A DNA stretch of 64,000 nucleotides from an uncultured Clostridia bacterium (GCA_944387385.1 CALXES010000002.1:42136-106135), one strand, 5' to 3'. Shown: positions 41,978 to 51,187, counted from the stretch's first letter. Numbers and translations: made by a program. Notes: generated from the letters alone by a model not told the origin.

Positions 41978-42949
41978 CTATCTAGTTTTGCTTAAAGACA
42001 ATTCTCTATCAATTTCTGATTGTAGCTCATTAAGCTGTGAATTATATTCCTCTTTAAGTCCTTCATCCAATACAAGTTCATCAATATTTCTTCTTGCGGC
42101 TCTAATTCTATTAAAATATGCATATGGATTTGATAGTATTTCTTCATGTGTTCTACTTCTTTCTCTTTCAAGAGCTTCTATACTTCCTTCTACATCTAAA
42201 CCTTGTTCAGATTTTATACTAGTTGAAAATAGTAGTTCAGGCTCTCCAATCTTTTTGCCTCTACCATATATGTTTATACTATCACAAATTCCTCTTTGAG
42301 CAAATTCTCTTAATTCTCCAATAAATGGAGTATACATTCTATCATGGTCTGCTTTAGTTACCCTTCTTGGATCAAAACCATTTCTTATCAAATCAATGTC
42401 TCTTTCTATACAACACAAAAAACTCTCACTTCCATCAATTGCAATAATATTTATATCTATGTCATAACCGCCATCTTTAAATTGAGACAATTCTTTATAA
42501 TCTGCTTCTCCTCTGTGCATAACCTTTTCTTTTACAACATTTAATTTATTATCTATTACTGTTTTATGTACAATCTCATTACCAGGCTTAACAAATTTTC
42601 TTGTTGCTTTATAAAAATCATCAGGAGAAAGTTTTAATAAATCTTCATAGTGTCTATGAAAAGTAGCCAACTTATCTGCATCTAACTCTACGACACATTC
42701 ACCATTTTTACCATATTTTTCATCTCTAATATATTTTCTTAATGTTGTTTTTCCAGATCCAGCTTGTCCTACTAAATACGAAATTGTAGGATGTTGAGAA
42801 GAAAAATCCTTCATACACTTAGCATCCGGTTTTTGCTCTTTTGCCTCTATTAATAATTGAGTAAAGAAATTACTTATACCTTGTTTAAATTCTTCATCTG
42901 TTAAATCATATTTATCATAATTCATTTTTTCTACCATCCTTTTAATCAT
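41978..42949 (-). CDS. zeta-toxin-family P-loop kinase-like protein with C-terminal coiled-coil extension
   Basis: Walker A GQAGSGKTT about 60 aa from N-terminus as in zeta/PezT; 323 aa; start overlaps upstream 56-aa ORF (ATGATTAA). Confidence 0.55.
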   Translation of the reverse strand: MIKRMVEKMNYDKYDLTDEEFKQGISNFFTQLLIEAKEQKPDAKCMKDFSSQHPTISYLVGQAGSGKTTLRKYIRDEKYGKNGECVVELDADKLATFHRHYEDLLKLSPDDFYKATRKFVKPGNEIVHKTVIDNKLNVVKEKVMHRGEADYKELSQFKDGGYDIDINIIAIDGSESFLCCIERDIDLIRNGFDPRRVTKADHDRMYTPFIGELREFAQRGICDSINIYGRGKKIGEPELLFSTSIKSEQGLDVEGSIEALERERSRTHEEILSNPYAYFNRIRAARRNIDELVLDEGLKEEYNSQLNELQSEIDRELSLSKTR

Positions 42950-43112
42950 ATATTTCTTTTATCATTTTTTCTTTAGTATTCATAAAATCTTTAACTTTTT
43001 CTTTAAGTTCTTCATCATTTAATTTTCCACTTTTAATACACTTAGCAACATTAAATTGATACATATATTCTATAATTGCTATCTCATTTATCTTATTACT
43101 AAATTCATTCAT
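42950..43112 (-). CDS. small ORF (56 aa, MNEFSNKINEIAIIEYMYQFNVAKCIKSGKLNDEELKEKVKDFMNTKEKMIKEIYD) translationally coupled to the zeta-like kinase; antitoxin-like position
   Basis: ATG at 43112-43110 with RBS AGGAGAAAC; stop overlaps the kinase start codon; missing from the ORF track, whose shortest listed ORF is 60 aa. Confidence 0.35.
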
Positions 43113-43122
43113 ATTGTTTCTC

Positions 43123-43659
43123 CTATTTTATTATATACTCCCACCCAGGTTGCCACGCTTTAGTTTTTCTCCAATCATTTTTATTTGCATCTTCCCAAGA
43201 GATATTTTTAGTTAATACTTCAAAAGCAAGCTGTGGCGCTCTGTGTGCAACAATTCCAATTGTTTTACCTTCATAATTATTTTTTAAAAAAGTTATAAAA
43301 TCCTTTATTCTATTTTCAACATCTTTTAATGATTCACCATTTGGAAATGGATTATCAACATGTTCTTCGTATACAACTAAAGACTTATCTTCTCCATCCA
43401 AATCCCCGTAATTACATTCTCTTAGTCTTTTATCCTGTATATGTTCAACATTAGGAAAAGCTAAGTTTGCAGAATCAATAGCTCTTACCAAATCTGATGT
43501 GAATATAACGTCAAAATGAGTATCTTTTCTTAATCTTCCCAAATTAATAGCTCTTTCTCTTCCCAAATCTGTTAACTCAGCTTGCTTCCAACCACTACAT
43601 TTTCCAGAAGCATTATCAGTTGTTGTTCCATGAACAAAATAAATAACTTTTGTCTCCAT
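43123..43659 (-). CDS. histidine phosphatase family protein (phosphoglycerate-mutase-like), noncanonical VHG in place of RHG (start placed at METKVIYF)
   Basis: VIYFVHGTTTDN...GWKQAELTDLGRERA...DVIFTSDLVRAIDSA pattern of His_Phos_1; ORF-track N-extension overlaps the upstream gene. Confidence 0.6.
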   Translation of the reverse strand: METKVIYFVHGTTTDNASGKCSGWKQAELTDLGRERAINLGRLRKDTHFDVIFTSDLVRAIDSANLAFPNVEHIQDKRLRECNYGDLDGEDKSLVVYEEHVDNPFPNGESLKDVENRIKDFITFLKNNYEGKTIGIVAHRAPQLAFEVLTKNISWEDANKNDWRKTKAWQPGWEYIIK

Positions 43660-43678
43660 ACCTACATCATCCCTTCCT

Positions 43679-44890
43679 TTATATTTCTTTTTCATACGTT
43701 TTCTTAAATTTACGTTGAAATTCCATTCTCTTATCAAACTCTTCTTGCGAAATCTCCCCTTCTCCTCTATCAATTTTTACTAAAGGATAATCTGGAAAAT
43801 TCATTATACTTGCTCCTCCAATCTTTGTAAAAAGTCTAGGAGTAACATTTAAAAACACATCATTCTGTTTGTAATCTGCATTCGGATCAATATACTTATT
43901 TGAAAAAATTCCAACAGAATATGCAAGCCATCTTAGAGTAATAAATGTATCCCTTAGCTCAGGATTTTTACTAAGTTCTTGAAATCTCTCTGGTGTTATA
44001 GAATCAAGCCTTTTAGATAGAGAAATTAATGAAGCTTTTACATCATCCTTCATCTTAGACTTGTCTATATTTTGAGCTATAACGTCTTGTGGTAACAATA
44101 TATGTCTTGTTCCTTCAGGTGGCACAGTATTTTTCCCTGTAAAAGCCATTAATATTTCTGCATATTTTTGCTCTAACCTTAAATGCATAGTTTTTAAAAC
44201 TTTTGTAAAGTTTGGATCTTGTAAAAATTGCCATCCTTTTTTGATTCTATATATAGATGAATATTCAATGTCTTGATCTCCACAAGTTAAATTTACTGGT
44301 TCTAAGTATTCTCTTAATTCATCAGTATCTAACGTCTCTCTAATTAGCGCTTGATTATATTCAAACATAGGATCAACAACTGATCGATAATAATATGGAG
44401 ATACTTTATCTTTATCAATTTCAGTTATTTTATCCATTGTTTCTTCTTTCCATGAATTAAGATGCAAATGAAATGGTTTTTTAGACATTCCACTAGTTCT
44501 ATCAGTTGTAAATTCATCATAATTAAATACTAAATATGGATAAGCATTACTTAAACCAAATTGATCAATTGTATCTTGACTTGTTAAAAAATCAATATAA
44601 TTATAGCCCATTTGAAAAACATATCTTGCTGCGTCATCAGACAAAGATGTAATTGAGCTCTTACATACAGAATCTGTTGATTGTAACATCATTTCATAAT
44701 CTGAATGTGGCTTAAATTTAGGTGCAAGAGTTATATAATCTGTTGCATCTGCACTCTTTATCTTATGTTCGCTGATTATTCCATTAAAAGGGATTTTTTC
44801 ACATTTGTTTTTTAAGTAAAAAGGTGTTTTAAACATCTCTTTATCAATTCCTGGAATTTTTAAGTGATATACTTTATAATTTTTGTCCAT
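43679..44890 (-). CDS. hypothetical 403-aa protein, no recognizable family
   Basis: Open frame in operon; contains KPFHLHLNSW (H-phi-H-phi-N, HIT-like) but otherwise unassignable. Confidence 0.5.
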   Translation of the reverse strand: MDKNYKVYHLKIPGIDKEMFKTPFYLKNKCEKIPFNGIISEHKIKSADATDYITLAPKFKPHSDYEMMLQSTDSVCKSSITSLSDDAARYVFQMGYNYIDFLTSQDTIDQFGLSNAYPYLVFNYDEFTTDRTSGMSKKPFHLHLNSWKEETMDKITEIDKDKVSPYYYRSVVDPMFEYNQALIRETLDTDELREYLEPVNLTCGDQDIEYSSIYRIKKGWQFLQDPNFTKVLKTMHLRLEQKYAEILMAFTGKNTVPPEGTRHILLPQDVIAQNIDKSKMKDDVKASLISLSKRLDSITPERFQELSKNPELRDTFITLRWLAYSVGIFSNKYIDPNADYKQNDVFLNVTPRLFTKIGGASIMNFPDYPLVKIDRGEGEISQEEFDKRMEFQRKFKKTYEKEI

Positions 44891-44928
44891 ATTATTCTAC
44901 CATTCCTTTCTACATTTATTACTATATT

Positions 44929-47229
44929 TTAAGTTGTAATTGGTCTACATTGTATTAGATATAAAGTATCATTTTCACATGCCCACTCGACATCAACATC
45001 GCAATTATAATAGTCTTCTAATTTCTTTCCGATTTCACCTATTTTAGTTATATTATCTATTGGTATACCATCCTGATTTATTTGATCTGTTATCTCAAGT
45101 GTTTCCTGATCAACAAAAAATCTATCAGGTATTACTCTATTGTCTACAAGCTTTGATGCCACGCCCTTGCAACACTCTATTATTATACTATCTCTATTAT
45201 TAGTTACAGGATCTTTGGTAAACATTACACCAGCATAATCTGCATTAATCATTCTTTGTATTACTATTCCACCAAATAGATTATCTGAATCTTCATCCTG
45301 ATATTTTTCAAGCCCAAATCCTAATAAAGATTTCCAGCACTTCCTTATGCTTTTTATTAAAAAATCTGATGTAGAGCAAAATAGCTCTGTAACATATTGT
45401 CCTGCAAAAGATTTGTTTTCCTTGTCTTCATTAGATGAACTACTTCTTACAGCATATGTATTATTAGAAAAATCTAGTATGTCTTCAAATATAGATGACG
45501 GTATCTCAACTTTATCTATTATATCTAAAATTTCATCTTTATACTTATTTAAGTCAGTACCACATTTCATATATTCATCTAATTGATTTGATTCTTTTAA
45601 AATAGCTTTAAAGAACTTCTTACCTAAAAAGTATGCTTCTGGAATATTTAAGCCTTGTCTTTTCATTAAAGATAAATTATAAGCCTTGTTACCTACTTCG
45701 TTCATGTCTACATCCTCATCAAATAGGTAAATTCCTTCATATAATTTATTATTGATTTTTTGACTTTCCTTTTCTTCTAACAATCTAATCGTTCCATTAG
45801 TCGCATCCACTTCAATTAAATCACCATTTTTTAATATATTTGTTATTCCTTTAAAAGCAATTATACATGGTTTCTTTAGTTCTCTACTTATAACTGAAGC
45901 ATGACTTAATATTCCTCCCTCTTCTGTTACTATAGCTTTTGATTTTACAATTGCATTCATAAAATCAAAATCTGTTCCATAAGTTACTAGAATTTCTCCT
46001 TCTTTTAATTTATTGCTTTCTTCAAAAGTCAAACAAATTCTAGCTTTTCCTGTAACCTTACCAGAAGATGCACACACACCCTTTTTATTTTTAAGTACAC
46101 TTACATCATCTTCATTTATTTTTAAATTATTATAGTATTCTTCTCTTGACTCCATTCCACTATAAATTAGTGATACATTTGATATATATACTCCTTCTTT
46201 TCTTTTTTCCACTTCTTCCTTATCTAACTTCTCATTTAATACCAACAAATTATAAAAATCGTCCATTATATAAAATTTAAAGTCTTGATTTAATTCTGGA
46301 AATCTATTTTTTATTTCATCAAGTATTGTATTTCTATACCTAACGCTTTTTCCTAATAGTGCTTTTTTTCTATCTCTCATAATTCCAAGTTTTGCTGCAA
46401 GATCAAATAACTCAGATAATTGAGAATTATTTAATTTTTTATAAACAGATTGTTTTTGAGTAACTATTCTATTAGGATAAGTTTCTATTTCGTCTATTTT
46501 ACTTTTTATTTCATCCTTACTTAAGTTTTTAAGCTTATTATAACGCTCAACAACTACACTCCTTGAAAGTGGTTTACTTCCGTAACCAATAGTTATATAA
46601 TCATATTCTTTTAAGTGATCATCAATTAACTTATCTATATCAAGAGATTCTGCATTATATAAGGCTTTAAGAAAAGCTAATTCTTCTTTTATAACTGCTG
46701 TATTATCTTCTAAAGAATATAATGTAGTTACCTCATCAGCATTAATATATTGTAAAGGATTTAAATCATTTATTGCCTTTTGTAATCCCAGTTCAACTGG
46801 AGCTAGATTTATATAGTATATTTGATTTAAAGTTATTTGATACCAATTAAATAATATTTCATATAACTCAGCATTACTTAATTTATTTAAGTCGTTTTTT
46901 TGAAGTTTTTCTAAAAAATCATCTAATAGTGTTTCTCTTCTGTTATAATACCAATAACACTTTTCTATAATATTGGGATTGCTATACTTTTGTGGATTTT
47001 TAAATTGATTAGATATATTAAATAATGCGTTTTCCCAGTCTTTTTGTGGAGTATATGACCACAATTTATTATCTTGATAATAAAGACACACATTTTTAAA
47101 CCTAAACCAGTTTATATCAGAACTATACTGATCATATAAGTCATAAATAAATTGCACCGATAACATGGTATCGACATTTCTGTAGTTAATTTGTTTCCAA
47201 TTTTTAATTTTATTTGTACATAAATACAT
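44929..47229 (-). CDS. PEP-utilizing-enzyme-family phosphotransferase with reversed domain order (unknown N-domain, phosphohistidine swivel domain, C-terminal PPDK_N-like nucleotide-binding domain)
   Basis: Swivel-domain motif GGILSHASVISRELKKPCI (res about 420-440); C-terminal third resembles the PEP synthase N-terminal ATP-binding domain; RBS AGGAGG. Confidence 0.65.
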   Translation of the reverse strand: MYLCTNKIKNWKQINYRNVDTMLSVQFIYDLYDQYSSDINWFRFKNVCLYYQDNKLWSYTPQKDWENALFNISNQFKNPQKYSNPNIIEKCYWYYNRRETLLDDFLEKLQKNDLNKLSNAELYEILFNWYQITLNQIYYINLAPVELGLQKAINDLNPLQYINADEVTTLYSLEDNTAVIKEELAFLKALYNAESLDIDKLIDDHLKEYDYITIGYGSKPLSRSVVVERYNKLKNLSKDEIKSKIDEIETYPNRIVTQKQSVYKKLNNSQLSELFDLAAKLGIMRDRKKALLGKSVRYRNTILDEIKNRFPELNQDFKFYIMDDFYNLLVLNEKLDKEEVEKRKEGVYISNVSLIYSGMESREEYYNNLKINEDDVSVLKNKKGVCASSGKVTGKARICLTFEESNKLKEGEILVTYGTDFDFMNAIVKSKAIVTEEGGILSHASVISRELKKPCIIAFKGITNILKNGDLIEVDATNGTIRLLEEKESQKINNKLYEGIYLFDEDVDMNEVGNKAYNLSLMKRQGLNIPEAYFLGKKFFKAILKESNQLDEYMKCGTDLNKYKDEILDIIDKVEIPSSIFEDILDFSNNTYAVRSSSSNEDKENKSFAGQYVTELFCSTSDFLIKSIRKCWKSLLGFGLEKYQDEDSDNLFGGIVIQRMINADYAGVMFTKDPVTNNRDSIIIECCKGVASKLVDNRVIPDRFFVDQETLEITDQINQDGIPIDNITKIGEIGKKLEDYYNCDVDVEWACENDTLYLIQCRPITT

Positions 47230-47245
47230 TAATATTTCCTCCTCT

Positions 47246-47986
47246 CTAATTAATATATACTTGCTTTATGTATTCAATAAACTTATTATAGTTTTCATCT
47301 TTATCCCTTGGATGTTTTAGGGGATTTTTTACCTTTTTATATAAGTTATTTTTACCCATCAAATGAATATAATCTCCTAATTTAGCAGCCTCTTCTATAT
47401 AATGTGTAGATAATATAGAAGTAAATTTTTCTGTTGCAAATTCATCTAGAAAAATTTTATGGATGTTTTCTTTTGAAATAAAATCCAAAGCACAAAAAGG
47501 CTCATCAAGTAATATTATTTTAGGATTAATTACTATACTTTTAGCCAAGGCAACCTTTTGCTTTAAACCAACAGACAATTCATGAGGATAAAAATTTCTA
47601 ATATCATATAAATCATATCTTATTAAAATTTCTTTTAATTCCTTATCATTAATATCTTTTTTAATACTATCAAGAGCAAATTTAATGTTTTGTTTTACAC
47701 TTAGCCATGGTAATAAATTATTTTCCTGTAATACCATTGTAAGTGGTATATTACTACTTTTAATGTATGTGTCATCAAAAACTATATTACCGCTATCATA
47801 TTCTTCTATTCCCGCTATCACTTTTAAAAGAGAACTCTTTCCACATCCGGACACACCTAATAAACAATGAACTTTTCCTCTTTCAAATTTTATATCAAAA
47901 TCATTAAATACTTTCTTATAATTTTTATTACCAATTTTATAATTTTTTACTAGATTTTCTACTTTTATTGCATATTCTTCTTTCAT
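47246..47986 (-). CDS. ABC transporter ATP-binding protein (NitT/TauT family)
   Basis: Walker A GVSGCGKSS, signature LSVGLKQK, Walker B ILLDEP. Confidence 0.85.
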   Translation of the reverse strand: MKEEYAIKVENLVKNYKIGNKNYKKVFNDFDIKFERGKVHCLLGVSGCGKSSLLKVIAGIEEYDSGNIVFDDTYIKSSNIPLTMVLQENNLLPWLSVKQNIKFALDSIKKDINDKELKEILIRYDLYDIRNFYPHELSVGLKQKVALAKSIVINPKIILLDEPFCALDFISKENIHKIFLDEFATEKFTSILSTHYIEEAAKLGDYIHLMGKNNLYKKVKNPLKHPRDKDENYNKFIEYIKQVYIN

Positions 47987-47992
47987 ATAGAT

Positions 47993-48634
47993 TTAAGCTC
48001 TCCTTACCCAAAACAGAACTTTTTTAGATATTTTCTCTATTATAAATGAAATTAAAGCTCCTAGTAATCCCATAAATAATATTCCTATAAAAACCTCTTC
48101 ATAATTTAATAAAGTATAAGCTTTCCATGTATAGTATCCTAATCCTTCTTTTCCACTGATCATTTCTGCCATAATTACACTTGCCCAAGAACCACTTATT
48201 CCAAGCATTAATGATGTAAATATACCTGGCATTATTGCTGGAAGTAATATTTTAAAAAATCTATCTTTAAAATTTAACTTATATAACCTAGAAATTATCA
48301 AATAATCTTGTGGAATACTTAAAAACGATCTATATATATTTAAAAACATTGGAAAAAAAGCACCAATAAAAGTTATACACAAAATGCTTGTATCTATCGT
48401 ATTGCACAGTATAATTGTAATTGGCACCCATCCTGCATTTGGGATAGGTCGTAGTAACTCTAAAATTGGATATAATATCTTTCTTAAAGGCTTAAATTCA
48501 TAAATAATTAAAGCTAGTACTAAAGATGAAAAAAATGCTAAACTAAAACCAATTAAAACATTCTTTAGAGATATTAAAATATTAATATATAAATCGTAAC
48601 TTGTTATTTCATTTATAAACACTCTCAAATCCAT
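47993..48634 (-). CDS. ABC transporter permease (NitT/TauT family)
   Basis: 213 aa, five or six TM helices, 6 nt from ATPase gene. Confidence 0.75.
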   Translation of the reverse strand: MDLRVFINEITSYDLYINILISLKNVLIGFSLAFFSSLVLALIIYEFKPLRKILYPILELLRPIPNAGWVPITIILCNTIDTSILCITFIGAFFPMFLNIYRSFLSIPQDYLIISRLYKLNFKDRFFKILLPAIMPGIFTSLMLGISGSWASVIMAEMISGKEGLGYYTWKAYTLLNYEEVFIGILFMGLLGALISFIIEKISKKVLFWVRRA

Positions 48635-48656
48635 TTTGTTACCTTCTTTTTATTAA

Positions 48657-49649
48657 CTAATTATATATATACTTTTCAATATCAAACTCTTTAATTTGCT
48701 CTAAAGATACTAAAAAATTCAACTTATCATTTAAGGCTTCAATATCTTCTTCATTTATATTTGAATTCCATTCAATAGCATTAATTTCGTCAAATACTAC
48801 ATCATATGAGAATCCACTTTCTTTTTCCATGATTTTTGCTGCTTCTTCTTTATTATTAATAATAAAATCATGAGCTTCTTTTAATGACTCAATAAAAGCT
48901 TGTACTAACTTTTCATCTTTTTCTTTTAAATTATTATTTATAATAACACCTGCCAAATAATCTACTTGTGATTCTTCTCCATCTACAATAACTCTTGTAT
49001 CTATCTCTTTTTGCAAATATTTAGGATATGGCTCCCATATTGCAAAAGCATCTGTTTTATTAGTACTTAATAATTGTATTGCCATTGAAACATCTTGATG
49101 TACAATTTCAACATCATTTAATAGATTATATTTTTCAAGTATTTTCATTAGCATATAATGAGCACTTGAGCCTATAGGTACTGAGACTGTTTTCCCTTTT
49201 AAATCATAAACACTATTTATATTACTATCTTTTGATGCTATAATACTTTGATTTTTTCCATTTTTTCCCGTTCCATCTAAAGCAATCAAGCTAGCATCAT
49301 ATTCACTTAGACTATCCGCTTTATACATATTCAATAACAAAGGCATATCTCCCATAAAACCAATATCTATTTTATTAGAAATCATACTAGTATTAATAAT
49401 AGACCCAGAAATTTCGTCATGCCAAACTATCCTAACTTTCTTATCTGGATATAGTTCTTGCACTTTTTTCTCATAAATTTCTAGGTCTTTTATTATTAGT
49501 GCTCCCCAAGTCTGGGATGTCACACTTTGATATCCTATATTAATTTCAAGCGTATTTTTCCTATTAACTGCAATAACCGCAATAAGGGCTATAAATAAAA
49601 TAGCTGTTAATATAAATATACCTTTTTTACTAAATATCATTTTATTCAT
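48657..49649 (-). CDS. ABC transporter substrate-binding protein, NMT1/THI5-SsuA/TauA family
   Basis: N-terminal anchor helix, then periplasmic-binding fold typical of sulfonate/nitrate/pyrimidine-precursor binders. Confidence 0.75.
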   Translation of the reverse strand: MNKMIFSKKGIFILTAILFIALIAVIAVNRKNTLEINIGYQSVTSQTWGALIIKDLEIYEKKVQELYPDKKVRIVWHDEISGSIINTSMISNKIDIGFMGDMPLLLNMYKADSLSEYDASLIALDGTGKNGKNQSIIASKDSNINSVYDLKGKTVSVPIGSSAHYMLMKILEKYNLLNDVEIVHQDVSMAIQLLSTNKTDAFAIWEPYPKYLQKEIDTRVIVDGEESQVDYLAGVIINNNLKEKDEKLVQAFIESLKEAHDFIINNKEEAAKIMEKESGFSYDVVFDEINAIEWNSNINEEDIEALNDKLNFLVSLEQIKEFDIEKYIYN

Positions 49650-49849
49650 TTTCGTCCATCCTTAATTTTAAAATTCATTAATTCTAAAATATTATTATGG
49701 TGCAAATTATAACATCTTTATATGAGTTTTTCAATATAAATTTTAATTTTTTACGCAAATTGTTTGCAAAATTTGTCTTAATAGTTTTTTATGGATAAAA
49801 TTCAATATAAAAATTTCTTTATTATTATTTTTTAACTTCGTATTTTTAA

Positions 49850-49878
49850 TTGAAACTTTTTTTAGTTTGTAGTATCAT
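49850..49878 (+). promoter_or_regulatory. candidate sigma-A promoter for the thyX-like operon (TTGAAA-17-TATCAT)
   Basis: TTGAAA 49850-49855, 17-nt spacer, TATCAT 49873-49878; about 30 nt upstream of RBS GGAGG. Confidence 0.4.
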
Positions 49879-49909
49879 ATTAATAGAGTTTTTTTGGAGG
49901 TATGATAAT

Positions 49910-50566
49910 ATGATTAAGGTAGAAAATTTAGAAGTTCTAAATTTTGAAGGTGCATTAAGAGGTATGCGAAATCCTTTAGAATCATGGGACAAAAGTGATA
50001 GTTATTATGATAAAGACACAGGAAAATATATAATAGGACCAAAAGATTTAGCACTTGCTTTAAAATTAACAAAAGCAGGTTCTGATCATTCTAAATTTTT
50101 AAGGCAAATATTCGTATCAATGGATATTACAGCTCCAATGTCATGGTGGTGGGATTTTGATACATATAAAGTTGCTACAGTAAGAAATAGTACAAGTAGG
50201 ATGCACAAGCTTGGAAGTAGAATATTAACATTTGATGATTTTAGTGTTGATGACGAAAAAGGAAATACAAATATAACACCATTTAGAAAATACGTTTTAG
50301 AAGATTTAAACAGAAGAATCAAAGAATATCAGCAATTAAAAAATGATGGCAAAATGGAAGAAGCAATGGCGCTATGGAGAGAAATTGTTTTTGATTCTCC
50401 TCAAAGTTATAATTTTAAATCAACATGGACTGGTAATTATGAAATAATGAGAAATGTTTATAGAGCAAGAAGAAATCATAAACAAAGAGAATTTAGAGAT
50501 TTCTGTAAAATTATAGAAAATGAATTTCCATATAGCGAATTAATAACAACCCCAAGAGAAGGATAG
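49910..50566 (+). CDS. ThyX-fold (flavin-dependent thymidylate synthase-like) protein lacking the RHR/dUMP-binding arginines (start placed at ATG 49910; ORF-track start is an upstream TTG)
   Basis: Aligns with Thermotoga ThyX in core segments (HSKFLRQIFVSMDITAPMSWWW; WTGNYEIMRNVYRAR) from memory, but RHR is replaced by TYK and the NAR arginine by NYE. Confidence 0.5.
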   Translation: MIKVENLEVLNFEGALRGMRNPLESWDKSDSYYDKDTGKYIIGPKDLALALKLTKAGSDHSKFLRQIFVSMDITAPMSWWWDFDTYKVATVRNSTSRMHKLGSRILTFDDFSVDDEKGNTNITPFRKYVLEDLNRRIKEYQQLKNDGKMEEAMALWREIVFDSPQSYNFKSTWTGNYEIMRNVYRARRNHKQREFRDFCKIIENEFPYSELITTPREG

Positions 50567-50576
50567 GTGAGAAAAT

Positions 50577-51152
50577 ATGGCAAATTCAAAACTAATAGTT
50601 GTTGAGGGGCCACAAGGAGTCGGAAAAACAACTGTAACTGATTATATTAGACATGGTCTAAAATATACTAATTTATATAGATTATGTGGTACATCTGATA
50701 GTACACCAACGGGAAAAAAGAAAGCAACTGATATGTACTGGGACTTAATTGAATATATAAAAAAAATGGAAAACAAAAGTATAAACTTGGTTTTTGATAG
50801 AACATTTTTTACTGAAGAAATATATAGTAGACTAAAATTTAAAGAATATGATTTTTCTGATGAATATGAAAAGCTACTTGATAACTTTAGCAAATTAGAT
50901 TTTGATATATACTATATAACACTTTTTTTAGAGAATACAGAGCTATTTAAAAAAAGATTAGTAAGAGATGATAAAGCTATTACTGAATATGCTAAATTTA
51001 ATATAGAAAGTAGTAAAAAACAACAAAAAGAATATTTAAAGATGGCAGATGAAATTTCATCAAAATATCCAAATATAAAAGTATTCAAAGTGTCTAATGA
51101 TACCGATGAACAAGAGTTAAAATTAAAAATAAAAAACATACTTAACTTTTAA
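50577..51152 (+). CDS. P-loop (d)NMP/deoxynucleoside kinase-like protein (thymidylate-kinase fold)
   Basis: IVVEGPQGVGKTT P-loop at N-terminus, FDRTFF (DRY-like) motif, LVRDDK lid-like segment; 191 aa. Confidence 0.55.
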   Translation: MANSKLIVVEGPQGVGKTTVTDYIRHGLKYTNLYRLCGTSDSTPTGKKKATDMYWDLIEYIKKMENKSINLVFDRTFFTEEIYSRLKFKEYDFSDEYEKLLDNFSKLDFDIYYITLFLENTELFKKRLVRDDKAITEYAKFNIESSKKQQKEYLKMADEISSKYPNIKVFKVSNDTDEQELKLKIKNILNF

Positions 51153-51187
51153 TATCATACCATCTTAGTATTACATGGAGGTTAAAT

